Positions 13,390 through 25,329 of a stretch of DNA of 64,000 bases are shown in pieces. The stretch spans positions 21,700,001-21,764,000 of the forward strand of contig NC_043009.1 in NCBI RefSeq assembly GCF_006345805.1, written 5' to 3'. The notes beneath the pieces are model-generated. The model was not told the origin of the DNA. It saw only the letters and a list, made by a program, of their open reading frames with translations, and searched no databases. A program made the position numbers and the translations under genes. The stretch is from Octopus sinensis (taxonomy: Eukaryota). Numbering within the stretch: position 1 is the first letter of the stretch; each line of letters opens with the position of its first letter.

Positions 13390-14126
13390 TGAGTGTATTT
13401 TTACCTTGTTAACAATTAACACGGAAACAGCAGGTGTCTTACGACTAATAACAGTACAACAAGTTTATATATATATATATATTGTTTCAATGGTGATACT
13501 ATGTTCAAAAAATCATCTTTTTGTCTGTATTGTACGATACACATTCAGTGCTTCTAAAAAACGAATGTAAGTTTGTTTATATACACATGTGGCTGATATA
13601 TATATATATATATCAGAACGCCATGTTAGATCGTTAGCTCCTACATGCATTTTTTTTCTCTCCTTGTTTTTTTTCTGTGTATCTTTCTGTCGAAGAGCGT
13701 AGGCTCGAAAAGTAAAAGACTTGTTCTATTTCTATTCTTGAGCGCCATATTAATACATTTGTTTGTTTGTACTCCACCTGCCTTCGTCTTTTGTTTATTT
13801 TTGTAAACCCTCCTGTTATATATATATATATATATATTTCAGAGACCCCACTTTAGTCATGAATGACCATGGGATTGCACCTAGAAAGTTCCCCTTTGGG
13901 GCACAAGTCCAGGCAAGGTTGTTTATGGAAGACCAGCAGTTGCCCATGCATACCAGCTTCGCACCAGTGATGTCTCAACTCATTTCTACAGCTGAGTGAA
14001 CTGGAGCAATGTGAAATAATGTGTCTTGCTGAAGAACACAACACACAAGACCAGTCTGGGAATTTAACTCACTACTTCATGATTGTGAGCCTGACACTCT
14101 AACCATTGAGCCATGTGCCTTATATA

Positions 14127-14662
14127 CAGGGTGTCCCAAAAAAATGCATACACACTTTAGCAGCTGATAACTCATTTGATATTTTTTTTTTCCAGATGAA
14201 ACCTATAGGATTTAATGATGGCAGTCAGATTAAGCTTTGAACAAAGAAAATTCATTCTAAAATGATACTGGAAGTGTGAAAATGCAGTTGAAGTGCAAAA
14301 ACAGTTAAAGTATGCATACATTTTTTTGGGAAACCCTGTATATATAAGAAAATTCATTCTAAAATGATACTGGAAGTGTGAAAATGCAGTTGAAGTGCAA
14401 AAACAGTTAAAGTATGCATACATTTTTTTGGGAAACCCTGTATATATATACAGGGTTTCCCAAAAAAATGTATGCATACTTTAACTGTTTTTGCACTTCA
14501 ACTGCATTTTCACACTTCCAGTATCATTTTAGAATGAATTTTCTTTGTTCAAAGCTTAATCTGACTGCCATCATTAAATCCTATAGGTTTCATCTGGAAA
14601 GAAAAAATATCAAATGAGTTATCAGCTGCTAAAGTGTGTATACATTTTTTTGGGACACCCTG
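14127..14662. mobile_element. Two Tc1/mariner-type MITE copies in inverted orientation, plus a partial duplicate
   Basis: TIR cagggtgtcccaaaaaaatg with TA flanks. Units 14127..14338, 14347..14440 (partial) and 14451..14662. Confidence 0.82.
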
Positions 14663-14689
14663 TATATATATATATATATACCTGTCATT

Positions 14690-17600
14690 CATATTCATAT
14701 TTTTAGGCGTCGATCGTAACCCTAATCCCGTTTCTCTATTATCTATATCGCCATATTGTCAACATGGCTTCCTGTCTTTTTCAATTCCTTCTTTGCTTTC
14801 AGGGCCTTCCCGTGTTATTCCATTCCCCAGAATTCCTTACAAAATACTCTCTCTCTCCCTCTCATTTAAATTATGTTCTACTCAATTTCCAAAGTTTCTA
14901 GATGGTGTGTAATATTCCCTACGAATTATATTCATCCTCGTTGCTCCTTCGAGGCGCCCGCCCTCCCACCCCCTCCACCAATACCGGAAGTTTCTACCTC
15001 TGTCTTGACTCCCCCCCACGTATACATCCACTCGCACCCCTATGTCGGTTCTATTTGATCATATAGAGCAAAAACGGTGAAACGTATGCAGCTAGTAGTC
15101 TCTCGCCCTCCACCAACACTGGAAGTTTCTAACCCTGTCTTACTTTACTACCCCACAACCGCACCCCTATGTAGGGTTTATTTGATCATATAGCGCAAAA
15201 ACTGTGAAATGTATGCAGGTTGTAGTCTAGTGTTTCAGTATGAAATCTGCCAAATGCAAGCTTTCTTTTCAGGTACATGACACTGTCCCTCATCCCAGGG
15301 TCTCAGAGGCCCACACCTCCCACACCCTCAGAGTTGGCACATTGAAAGGTAGGTCTGGAGAGATTGTAGAGCTGCTTGAACGGAGACGTGTGGATTTATG
15401 CTGCATCCAGGAAGTAAGGTGGAGAGGAGGTTCCGCTAGGCTCCTCACCGGCAAGGAACACAGGTACAAGATTTTCTGGGCAGGGAACACTGACGAGGTA
15501 GGGGGCGTGGGTATACTTCTTGTGGAGAAATGGGTGGATAAGGTAATTGAGGTAGTCAGAGTAAGTGATAGAGTACTTAAGATTAGATTAGTGCTTCACC
15601 ATAGGTCAGCTACCATCATCTCGGCATATGCCCCTCAACCAGGGCTACCGGAAGGACAGAAAGACCAATTCTATGACACCCTATTGCAGACTACCTCGTT
15701 GACAAATGACAGTGACCTTCTCTTTGTGGCAGGTGATTTCAATGGACATGTTGGACGACATGTCGGGGGCTTCCATGGCATTCATGGAGGCTATGGTTTT
15801 GGCTCTCGAAATGAGGAGGGAACCAGGCTGCTGGAGTTCTGCGATGCAAATGACCTTATGGTCTGCAATACCAACTTCAGAAAACCCACCTCTCACCTAG
15901 TCACCTACCGTTCTGGCAGACACACTAGTCAGATTGACTACATCCTCGCCAGAAAGAGGGAAAGAGGGCTGCTTATAAATGCCAAAACCTTTCCAGGCGA
16001 AGAATGTACTCCTCAACATAGATTAGTAGTTAGCGACATCAGGATCAGAGCTAAATGGTTGCCCAGAAGAAGACCAGCTTGGAGGAGAAGGGTCTGGAAG
16101 CTTAAAGATCCTGCAAATGGACAGAGATTTAGAGACATACTACTTGAAGCCTTTGACGAAATAGAAGGGGATATAGCTTCACTTAATGTGGAAGACAACT
16201 GGAGATTTCTATGGGACAATCTGCTGAGAGCCACTGACCAGATCTGTGGATAGAGCAAAGTACCATCTCAACCCAGAGTAACGTGGTGGTGGAACAATGT
16301 GGTGGACAGGGCTATTAGACAAAAGAAACAGGCTTGGATGGACTGGAAGAACGGTGGTAGCAGGGAATTGTATCAGACAGCCAGAAGGGAAGCTAGGAGA
16401 CAGGTTTATTTAGCCGGAGGGGAAGCAGATAAGAAAAAATTTGCCAATGTTCTGAGCCGTGAGGATGAAAGACTTGAGGTATTTCGTGTTGCAAGATAGT
16501 GTGTGAGAGAGAATCGTGATGTGGTAGGAGAGAAGTGTGTTCGCATGGATGATGGTTCACTTGCACTAAATGAGGATGCAAAGAGAGGGGTTTGGAGATG
16601 CCACTATGAAAGGTTGCTGAATAAAGAAAATGAATGGGATAAAGAGAGTCTGCCGAATGTTGACCCAACAGAGGGACCAGCTATCTGAGTTGATAGTTCC
16701 GTGGTAGCTAAGGCAATTAGAAGCATGAAGACAGGGAAAGACCCAGGCCCATCAGGAATTACTGCAGAGATGCTCAAAATATCTGGCAGTGTCGGCTATA
16801 ACCTAGTCACCCGTATAGTCAACCAGGTGATACACGAAGGAATCATACCCAATGACTGGTGTAGCAGCATACTAGTCAACTGCTACAAAGGTAAAGGTGA
16901 TGCCCTAGATACAAATAATTACAGAGGTATCAAGCTGTTGGATCAGGTAATGAAGGTTACGGAGAGGGTCATAGCCCAACTAATTAGAGAGAGAGTTAGT
17001 TTAGATGAGATGCAGTTTGGGTTCGTGCCAGGGAAAACTACCACTGATGCTAAATTCATGGTAAGGCAGCTGCAGGAGAAATACCTAGCCAAAGATAAGC
17101 CCCTGTACCTGGCTTTCGTTGACATGGAGAAAGCCTTTGATAGGGTCCCCCGATCCCTTATCTGGTGGTCAATGAGGAAACTAGGGATAGATGAATGGCT
17201 GGTGAGGGCTGTGCAAGCCATGTACAGAAATGCCATAAGTAAGGTTAGGGTTGGCAACATGTACACAGAAGAATTCAAAGTAGAGGTTGGGGTCCACCAG
17301 GGTTCAGTACTCAACCCCCTCCTATTTATCATAGTCCTCCGGGCAATTACGGAGGAATTCAAGACAGGTTGCCCTGGGAGCTCCTCTATGTTGACGACCT
17401 TGCTCTAATTGCTGAGTCACTATCAGAACTGGAGGAGAAGTTCCAGGTGTGGAAGGAGGGTTTAGAATCGAGGGGCCTTAGAGTCAACCTAGCTAAAACC
17501 AAAGTACTAATAAGTAGGAAGGTGGACAATCCACAAATGTCTTCAGGAAGATGGCCCTGCTCGATTTGTAGAAAAAGTGTAGGTAGAAACTCTATAAGAT

Positions 17601-18837
17601 GTACCCAGTGTAAGCTATGGACACATAAGAGGTGCAGCAATGTCAAAGGTAGGCTAACTGGGAAGATAGTTTTTGTATGTGGCAGATGCTCGGGAGCATT
17701 AACCTCCGAAAATCTGCAGAAAACAACTTCCGTCACTTTCCAGGGGGAAAAACTAGAAGTAGTTGATAGCTTCCATTATCTAAGTGACCAAGTCAGTAGT
17801 GGGGGTGGGTGCGCTGAAAGTGTAACTGCTAGAATAAGAATAGCCTGGGCAAAGTTTAGGGAGCTCTTACCTCTGCTGGTGACTAAAGGCCTCTCGCTCA
17901 GAGTAAAAGGCAGACTGTATGATGCATGTGTACGAACAGCCATGCTACATGGCAGTGAAACATGGGCCGTGACTGCTGAGGACATGCGTAAGCTCGTGAG
18001 GAATGAAGCTAGTATGCTCCAATGGATGTGTAACGTCAGTGTACATACTCGACAGAGCGTTAGTACCTTGAGAGAAATGTTGTACCTAAGAAGCATCAGT
18101 TGTGGTGTGCAAGAGAGACGATTGTGCTGGTATGGTCATGTGGCGAGAATGGATGAAGATAGGTGTGTGAGAAAATGCCAATCCCTAGCAGTTGAGGGAA
18201 CCCGTGGAAGAGGTAGACCCAGGAAAACCTGGGACGAGGTGGTGAAGCACGACCTTCGAACTTTAGGCCTCACTGAGGAAATGACCAGTGACCGAGACCT
18301 TTGGAAATATGCTGTACGTGAGAAGACCAGGCAGGACAAGTGAGCCCAGCCCACTTATGCATGCCTTTCCTCCCTTGGACACAAAGACCTGTTGAGGCAA
18401 GCGAAGTCGATATAGAACCTCATCCGACGACAGGCACCCATGCCAACCCCCTTTGCTTGCGAAGACATGTTGGAGCAAGCGAAATCGAAATCGAAATGAA
18501 CCAGCCAGGATCCCTGGTCTGGTGGTACGTAAAAAGCACTATCCGACTCGTGGCCGATGCCAGCGCCGCCTCGACTGGCTTCCGTGCCGGTGGCACGTAA
18601 AGTACACCAATCCGACCGTGGCCATTGCCAGCCTCGCCTGGCACCTGTGCAGGTGGCACGTAAAAAGCACCCACTACACTCACAGAGTGGTTGGTGTTAG
18701 GAAGGGCATCCAGCTGTAGAAACATTGCCAGATAAGACTGGAGCCTGGTGCAGCCTTCTGGCTTCCCAGATCCCCGGTTGAACCGTCCAACCCATGCTAG
18801 CATGGAGAACGGACGTTAAACGATGATGATGATGATG

Positions 18838-18838
<1 letters not shown>
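14690..18838 (+). mobile_element. Near full-length decayed RTE-clade LINE (APE + RT + C-terminal region), (GAT)n tail
   Basis: ORF pieces 15240..16253, 16299..16688, 16701..17408 and 17369..18343 (QFGFVPG, YVDDL, MLHGSETW, GRPRKTW). Stops at about 16251, 16497 and 16686, frameshift near 17385. The 3' UTR ends ggacgttaaacgatgatgat. Confidence 0.93.
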
Positions 18839-18878
<40 letters not shown>

Positions 18879-18881
<3 letters not shown>

Positions 18882-19595
18882 AATGTAGGATAAAATTTTT
18901 TTCAAAAAAAAAAATTTTTTTCGAAAAAATTTTATCAATGGCCAGCATATTAAAAAATACCGTTAAAGGTTAAATTTATAAACAATTCATAAATAAGAGG
19001 AAATGAAAAAATTTCTAATGCCAAATATGCCGAAAAATTGGACATATTGTCCATTAACCATATAATTTTTTCACAATACGCACGCTACTCGAAAAAAGGT
19101 TGACAGAAATTTCTAAAAAATTCCATTATTACCATATCGGACCGATTTCAAAGTTAGCTCATAACAGCCCTGCCTTTGTCAGTGATACATGTGGCAAAAG
19201 AAATAAATGAGATACTTACTCATACCCATGGAAGAAGCAAACACTAAGTCAAATCGCACGTGTCTCGAATGGGCTGGAGTATTTCTATTTTGGATGTATT
19301 TGGGGTACTTAATTGTGCTCATGACTTAGTGTTTTCTTCTTCCATGGGTATGAGTAAGTATCTCATTTATTTCTTTTGCCACATGTATCACTGACGAAGG
19401 GAGGGCTGTTATGAGCTAACCCTGAAATCGGTCCGATATGGTAATAATGGAATTTTTTAGAAATTTCTGTCGACCTTTTTTCGAGTAGCATGTGTATTGT
19501 GAAAAAATTATATGGTTAATGGACAATATGTCCAATTTTTCGGCATATTTGGCATTAGAAATTTTTTCGTTTGCCCTTATTTATGAATTGTTTAT
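18879..19595. mobile_element. Non-coding fold-back element (arms ~275 bp) with an HHR in each arm, PLE pLTR-like, inside (TA)n
   Basis: Arms 18977..19251 and 19322..19595, 70-nt spacer, extra tail 18879..18976. The same tail recurs at 51217..51280. Confidence 0.8.
19385..19443 (+). ncRNA. Hammerhead ribozyme motif
   Basis: uauca-CUGACGA(19391-97), stem II aggg/cccu, GAAA-ucggUccga-UA(19438), uggua. The minus-arm copy (19130..19188) has the core mutated to CUGACAA. Confidence 0.72.
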
Positions 19596-19809
19596 ATATA
19601 TATATATATATATACACACACTTTACTGTTTACTTGTTTTAGTCATGTACCCCATGTTGGGGTACTGCTTTGTATGGGTTAGTCAAACAAATTAACCCCA
19701 GTATTTTACAAGTCTGGTACTTATTCCATCAGTCTTTAGGCTGAACTACTAGGTTACAAGGACATAAACAAACCAACACTGGTTTTCAAGAGGTAGTGGG
19801 GAGCCCAAA

Positions 19810-19844
<35 letters not shown>

Positions 19845-20709
19845 CACAGGCTGCTTTCAGTTTCTGTCCATTACATCCAATCACAAAGCTTTAGTTGACC
19901 CAAGGCTGTACTAGAAGACACCTGCACAAAGTGCCACATAGTGGGTCTGAACCCAAAACCATGTGGCTGGGAAGCAAACTTCTCACCATATAACCGCACC
20001 TATTGTGTATGTGTGTGTATCATGGCACTTCGTGGGTTACAGCGATGAGGGTTCCAGTTGATCTGATCAGTGGAACAGCCTGCTCATGAAATTAACCTGC
20101 AAGTGGCTGAGCACTCCACAGACACATTTAACCTTAACGTAGTTCTCAGGGAGATTTAGCGTGACACAGAATGTGATAAGGCTGGCCCTTTGAAGTACAA
20201 GTAGAACAGAAACAAGAAGAAAGAGTGAGAGAAAGTTGCAGTGAAAGAATACAGCAGGGTTTTCCACCTCTCCCTGCCGGAGCCACATGGAGCTTTAGGT
20301 GTTTTCGCTCAATAAACACTCACAATGCCTGATCTGGGAATCGAAACTGCGATCCTATGACCATAAATCCGCTGCCCTAACCACTAGGCGATTGCACCAC
20401 CACATGTATATGTATTTATATATATATATATATACACACACACTCACATACACAAATATATATGTTAAAAAAAATTTATATGCTCTCAAATTAAGTAACA
20501 CTCATTTTTGTGGCAGTATTGATACTGCCAATAGCAACATTGGGCTAATTTAAAAACTCTTGTGCTTAAATTTACATCTTCCAAAAAGGAAAAAAAGAAA
20601 CCTTCTTTTATTTTCTTTCCATTCAAATATAATTCAAATCATAAATGATCAAATATACAGAAACAAACTTAATCCTAATTGTATATTTGTCTCAATATTA
20701 AGTGACATC

Positions 20710-20756
<47 letters not shown>

Positions 20757-20810
20757 ATGTGTAGAGACACACTCAATCAATTTTGAAAGATATCTAAAGA
20801 TATTTTTTAC

Positions 20811-20901
20811 CAGATCTTTATCTAGAATTGCATTTTCCACAATTTGCTGAGCATTTTTCCTGTCTTCCACCATATCCTGCATTTGCTTCTCCAGCGTGGT
20901 A
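20811..20901 (-). CDS. SCLT1: SCLT1-like exon (TTLEKQMQDMVEDRKNAQQIVENAILDKDL)
   Basis: Lies inside ORF 20649..20954. gcag| and CTG|gtaaaa, phase 2 to 0. Confidence 0.85.
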
Positions 20902-21034
20902 CTGCATACATCAATGGAATATAAGCATACAGTCAATAAGTTGTCATAGTTCAAGGTTCTTGTATATGTTCAAAGGAAAAAAAAAAACTTAGACAATGCT
21001 TATTATCTGTTTATCTTTTTGCTTATCTATAACG

Positions 21035-21059
21035 ATTTCTTGATTGATTGATAGATTGG

Positions 21060-21092
<33 letters not shown>

Positions 21093-21186
21093 AGACAGAA
21101 AGAAAGAAAGAAAGAAGGAAGGAAGGATGGATGGATGGATAGATAGCTAGCTAGATAGATAAATTGATAGATGGATGGATGATGGG

Positions 21187-21230
<44 letters not shown>

Positions 21231-21235
21231 AATAG
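21035..21235. repeat. Compound tetranucleotide microsatellite (GATT)(GAAA)(GGAT)(GATA)
   Basis: Seen directly. Confidence 0.9.
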
Positions 21236-21356
21236 ACACACAGACAGGAAGGTAGACAGATCATCGTATTAATGTCCCTACTTTCTCATGCTTGCATGGG
21301 TTTGATATAAATATATATATATATATAGGTATGCACACACACATATATATATAGGC

Positions 21357-21399
<43 letters not shown>

Positions 21400-21521
21400 A
21401 CAGGCTTCCACACAGTTTCCATCTATCTGTTTCACACATAAGGGCTCCAGTAGAAGACACCTTCTCAAGGTACCATGTAGAGGGAGTGAACCTGAAACCT
21501 TATAGTTGCAAAGCAGGCTTT

Positions 21522-21748
21522 TTAACTCTTTAGCATTCAGATTATTCTGTCAAATATAATATTTATTCATCCATATTGTTTTAAGCTAGTCATGCATTAT
21601 TTTGTAGCTTTAAGATTTTAATGATATTATCACCTGTTTTTAGATTGACATTATAGGTTGGTGTGAAATACCAAATCTGGGCAGTTTTAACAGAAAACAT
21701 GTAGATTATTTGGGCCGGATATGGCCGGTTTAAACACTAAAGGGTTAA
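21522..21748. mobile_element. piggyBac-like MITE (ttaa-ctcttt ... aaaggg-ttaa); similar ends at about 8503..8730 and 35602..35987
   Basis: TTAA flanks and short cccttt/aaaggg-type inverted ends. Confidence 0.55.
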
Positions 21749-22477
21749 CCAAACATTCATGTGTGTGCTTTGGTGATAAAACACAAATTAGATTAATTAA
21801 AAGCTAAAATGAAAAAGAAAGGCATCAGAAGGGCAAAGCATACCCTGTGTGTAGATAAATTTTTTCACAAATTATAGTGTGGCTTACAATGCGTTACTTA
21901 CCTATGCATTTTAATTGAACTGAATTTTTTTTTTTTTTTAAGTATCATCATTATAGTTATTCCTACTCTGGTGAAATTAGATTAAGAAATCAACTCATGA
22001 ATAAATGAAACCCTTGCATCCATCACTGTACACACACATACACACACACACACATGTGCATAGGTACGCCATGATCTATACACATGCAAACGAGAGTCAA
22101 TTCATATGAAAAAGAAAGTGAATAAAATAACATGACCACTTGCTTATCAGAAAATTTGTAAGTTTGATTTTTTAAAAATTGAAAAAAAATTTTTTTTAAG
22201 GATAATCAAACCAAATGTTCATCATTTCAAGCCACTCACCCAATGAATATTTCTGCCAAATTTGGTGAAAATTCATTCAGCCGTTTTCCAATAAATTTGC
22301 AAACACACAGACAAAAACAGGTAATTACAATACGCTGCTTTTGCTTACATGCATAAGTTAAAAGAAAAAGGTAAGTAAAATGAAATTGCAGTTCTATATT
22401 TAAGAGATGAGGAATTATGTACATTATGTACATTATTTACATTTGATGGATATTTGTCCTCATCTTGTTTGTTGTTA

Positions 22478-22522
22478 ACACAATGTTTCAGCTGATATAC
22501 CCTCCAGCCTTCATCAGGCGTC
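22478..22522 (-). ncRNA. Degenerate minimal hammerhead motif (inverted copy)
   Basis: On the minus strand: gacgc-CTGATGA-aggctg...cagct-GAAAC-ATT-gtgt. Confidence 0.6.
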
Positions 22523-22580
22523 TTGGGGAAATTTCAAACCTGGGTTCTCATTCCTAAGGTATTTTTCGATGTTGTTGTTG

Positions 22581-22616
<36 letters not shown>

Positions 22617-22770
22617 TCATATGGCGTAATGGTTAAGAGCACAGGCTACTAACCCCAAGATTGAGAGTTCAATTCCAGGCAGTGACCTGAATAATAATAA
22701 TAATAATAACAACAACAACAACATCAAAAAGTACCTTAGGAATGAGAACCCAGGTTCAAAATTTCCCCAA

Positions 22771-22815
22771 GAAACCTGATGAAGGCTGGAGGGTATATCA
22801 GCCGAAACATTGTGT
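22771..22815 (+). ncRNA. Degenerate minimal hammerhead motif
   Basis: CTGATGA (22776-82), stem II aggctg/cagcc, GAAAC-ATT-GTGT. The ACATT probably reflects CpG decay of ACGTT (inference). Confidence 0.62.
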
Positions 22816-22920
22816 TAGCAACAAACAAGATGAGGACAAATATCCATCAAATGTAAATAATGTAAAATGAAATTGTAAAACGATTTTGATTTAAAAGAAA
22901 AATGAAATTTGATAAGTTAC

Positions 22921-23007
22921 TTTTTCTCTTGCTGTAAAATAATCCACTTTTCAAGTTCAGAATTTTTCTCTTTCAATTGCTTGAGTTCTTCAGCTTTGGC
23001 TTTTAAA
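22921..23007 (-). CDS. SCLT1: SCLT1-like exon (LKAKAEELKQLKEKNSELEKWIILQQEKn)
   Basis: ttccag| and |gtaact. 87 nt, phase 2 to 2, aligns without gaps to recalled human LCVTIQEANQLRTENTHLEKQTRELQAKC. Confidence 0.85.
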
Positions 23008-23029
23008 CTGGAAATATAACAAATATATT

Positions 23030-23405
23030 GCATTATCATTATCACCATCACCACTACCACCAAAACCACCACCCCACCACCACCACCACCACCACCACCA
23101 CTACCACCACAACACCCATCATCATCAGCAACATCCTCATTATAATTGCTTCTACCGTCATAATCATCATCATCATTATTATATCATCACCATGATTATC
23201 ATCAGTGGCAGCATCACCACCACCAAATCATCATCAATCATCATCATCAACATCACCACCACCAAACACTACAACTGTCATTATCGCCAGTATCATCTTC
23301 ATCATAGCTGCTGCCACCACCACTTTCATCATCATCATCATCATCATCATCACCATCACCATCAACATTGTTGTCATCGTCATCATTATCATCATCATCA
23401 ACATA
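23030..23405. repeat. Degenerate (CAC)/(CAT)n microsatellite
   Basis: Seen directly. Confidence 0.9.
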
Positions 23406-23448
23406 AATTTATTTTCATTAAAGAATAGAAAAATAGGATCAAACTCAC

Positions 23449-23540
23449 TCATTTTCTAAACTTGATGTCTGCCTTTTCATATTGGTGACCACATCACCAG
23501 AATTAGAGTCTTTCTGGGCCAGTTCAACCAATTCTTGTTC
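23449..23540 (-). CDS. SCLT1: SCLT1-like exon (EQELVELAQKDSNSGDVVTNMKRQTSSLENd)
   Basis: ttctgtag| and |gtgagt. 92 nt, phase 0 to 2. Confidence 0.85.
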
Positions 23541-24636
23541 CTACAGAAAATGAAAAGAGAAGACAGGAATGACAACAGTTCAACACTGATTGAAAAAAGA
23601 GAATTATTTCTTCTTCACCCACCCATCCATCCACCTTTCTGTTCCTCTACCCTTATTATCACTTACATACACACTGTGTACCTTTAGGGTATGCTATCAC
23701 CATTTCTCTCTCTTTCCAGCTCAGAAAGCCATGTATTCACCTCTTTACCAAGAAACCTGTTCCTATTCCTCAATCATACTTTCACATCCTTCAATATTTG
23801 ACTCAACTTGACTCAGTACTCGACTCGACTCAACTCCACTGCACTCCACTTACCGTATTTTAATGTGTATAAGGAACCCCCTAATTTTGGGTGCTTAAAA
23901 TTTGGAAAAAATGTTTTGTAAAGGATTATAATATTATCCATCCATGTATAAGAAACTCTCATATTTTTTAACCTAAATTTTGAAAAAAAAGGGTTCCTTA
24001 TACATGTTAAAATATGGCAATTGTGGGGGTCTTGTCTTGTGAGTACTTGATGACCTTACAAATGCGGGGGCCATGAAAACAGCACCCAGTACACTCTGTA
24101 AAGTGGTTGGTATTAGGAAGGGCATTAAGCTGTAGAAACCATGCAAAAGTAGACATTGAAGTTCAGTGCAGTTCTCTGGCTCATTGGTTTGTGTTGAGCC
24201 ATCTAACCCATGCCATCATGGAAAAAGGGATGTTGAAAGAAGATGATGATGATGATATTAAAGATAAACCAAATCTTCATCATTGTATATTTATTCATCG
24301 GACTGTGACAAATTATTTTTAGTGATGTCAATTTGTCACTCAGCTAAGTTATGAGACATAGATGCAGATGCCATTTTTTTCTAAGATGAGTCAATGTTGA
24401 AACATATAGAGACAAATACATACAGACATATATACCTACATTCATACACATACACAGCAGGCTTCAACACAATTTCCATCTACTGATTTCATTCACAAGA
24501 CAACGTAATATTTCCCCATGTCCAAATATGTTTTCACATAATATTAAAAACGAACGACACCACTTGTGTGACAGTGACACTCATTTACAACTATCATGTG
24601 ATGTCATGATAGACATGCACTCAATCAGACATACAT

Positions 24637-24684
<48 letters not shown>

Positions 24685-25238
24685 ACACACACACATATAC
24701 ATATATATATATATATAACTGGTTACTTTCAGTTTCCATCTACGAAATCCTCTAACAAGGTTTTGCTAGGGTCAGCCGTGGGCTATAGCAGAAGACACTT
24801 GCCAAGGTGTCACACAGTGAAATTGAACTCAAAACCATGTGTTTTGTAAGTAGACTTCTTAACTATACACCCACACCTGCATCTGGAGAAAGCATATCAG
24901 AACAATTACCACCACCAACCCACCGAGGACAATTCCTCCTGACAACAACTACCCCCTAGGACAATAACCCACCTTGGTTAATTAACCCCTCTCTAATATA
25001 TTAAGAAGTTTTAAAGCATCATCTGTTGTCCTCAAGAGTAGTAGTCCTTAGTGGGGTGGTTATTGTCCATGGGGGTTAAATGTCCTAGACTCAGAGAAAG
25101 ATTAAAAAATACATCTGAAAATTACATAAAAAGCTGAGACATAATTATAAAGAAACAGCACAAAAAGACTGTGGAAAACTAAGTCTTGAGGATGATTTGA
25201 ACCAAGTCTTGAAGATGTAAAATATAGTCTTCATTTAC

Positions 25239-25329
25239 CTTCCATTTGAGCTTTCGTTTGAGTTCTTCAACAGCAGCTTGCAAAGTTTCATTATTGACTT
25301 TCAAATTCATTACTTCCTTCTCTTTTTCC
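25239..25329 (-). CDS. SCLT1: SCLT1-like exon (EKEKEVMNLKVNNETLQAAVEELKRKLKWK)
   Basis: gcttcag| and AAG|gtaaat. 91 nt, phase 2 to 0, coiled-coil heptads. Confidence 0.87.

Larger units (their letters stand above)
22389..22862. mobile_element. tRNA-headed, HHR-bearing non-autonomous retroelement in head-to-head fold-back form, 14-bp TSD
   Basis: Minus copy 22389..22619, plus copy 22620..22862. A box TGGCGTAATGG at about 22622, B box GTTCAATTCC at about 22667. TSD gtaaaatgaaattg at 22375-22388 and 22862-22875. Confidence 0.8.

Noticed and set aside
22614-22688. Functional tRNA gene
   Set aside because: The anticodon and acceptor arms do not pair properly. It is the head of a repeat.
23192-23459. 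His/Ile-rich ORFs
   Set aside because: (CAT)/(CAC)n microsatellite.
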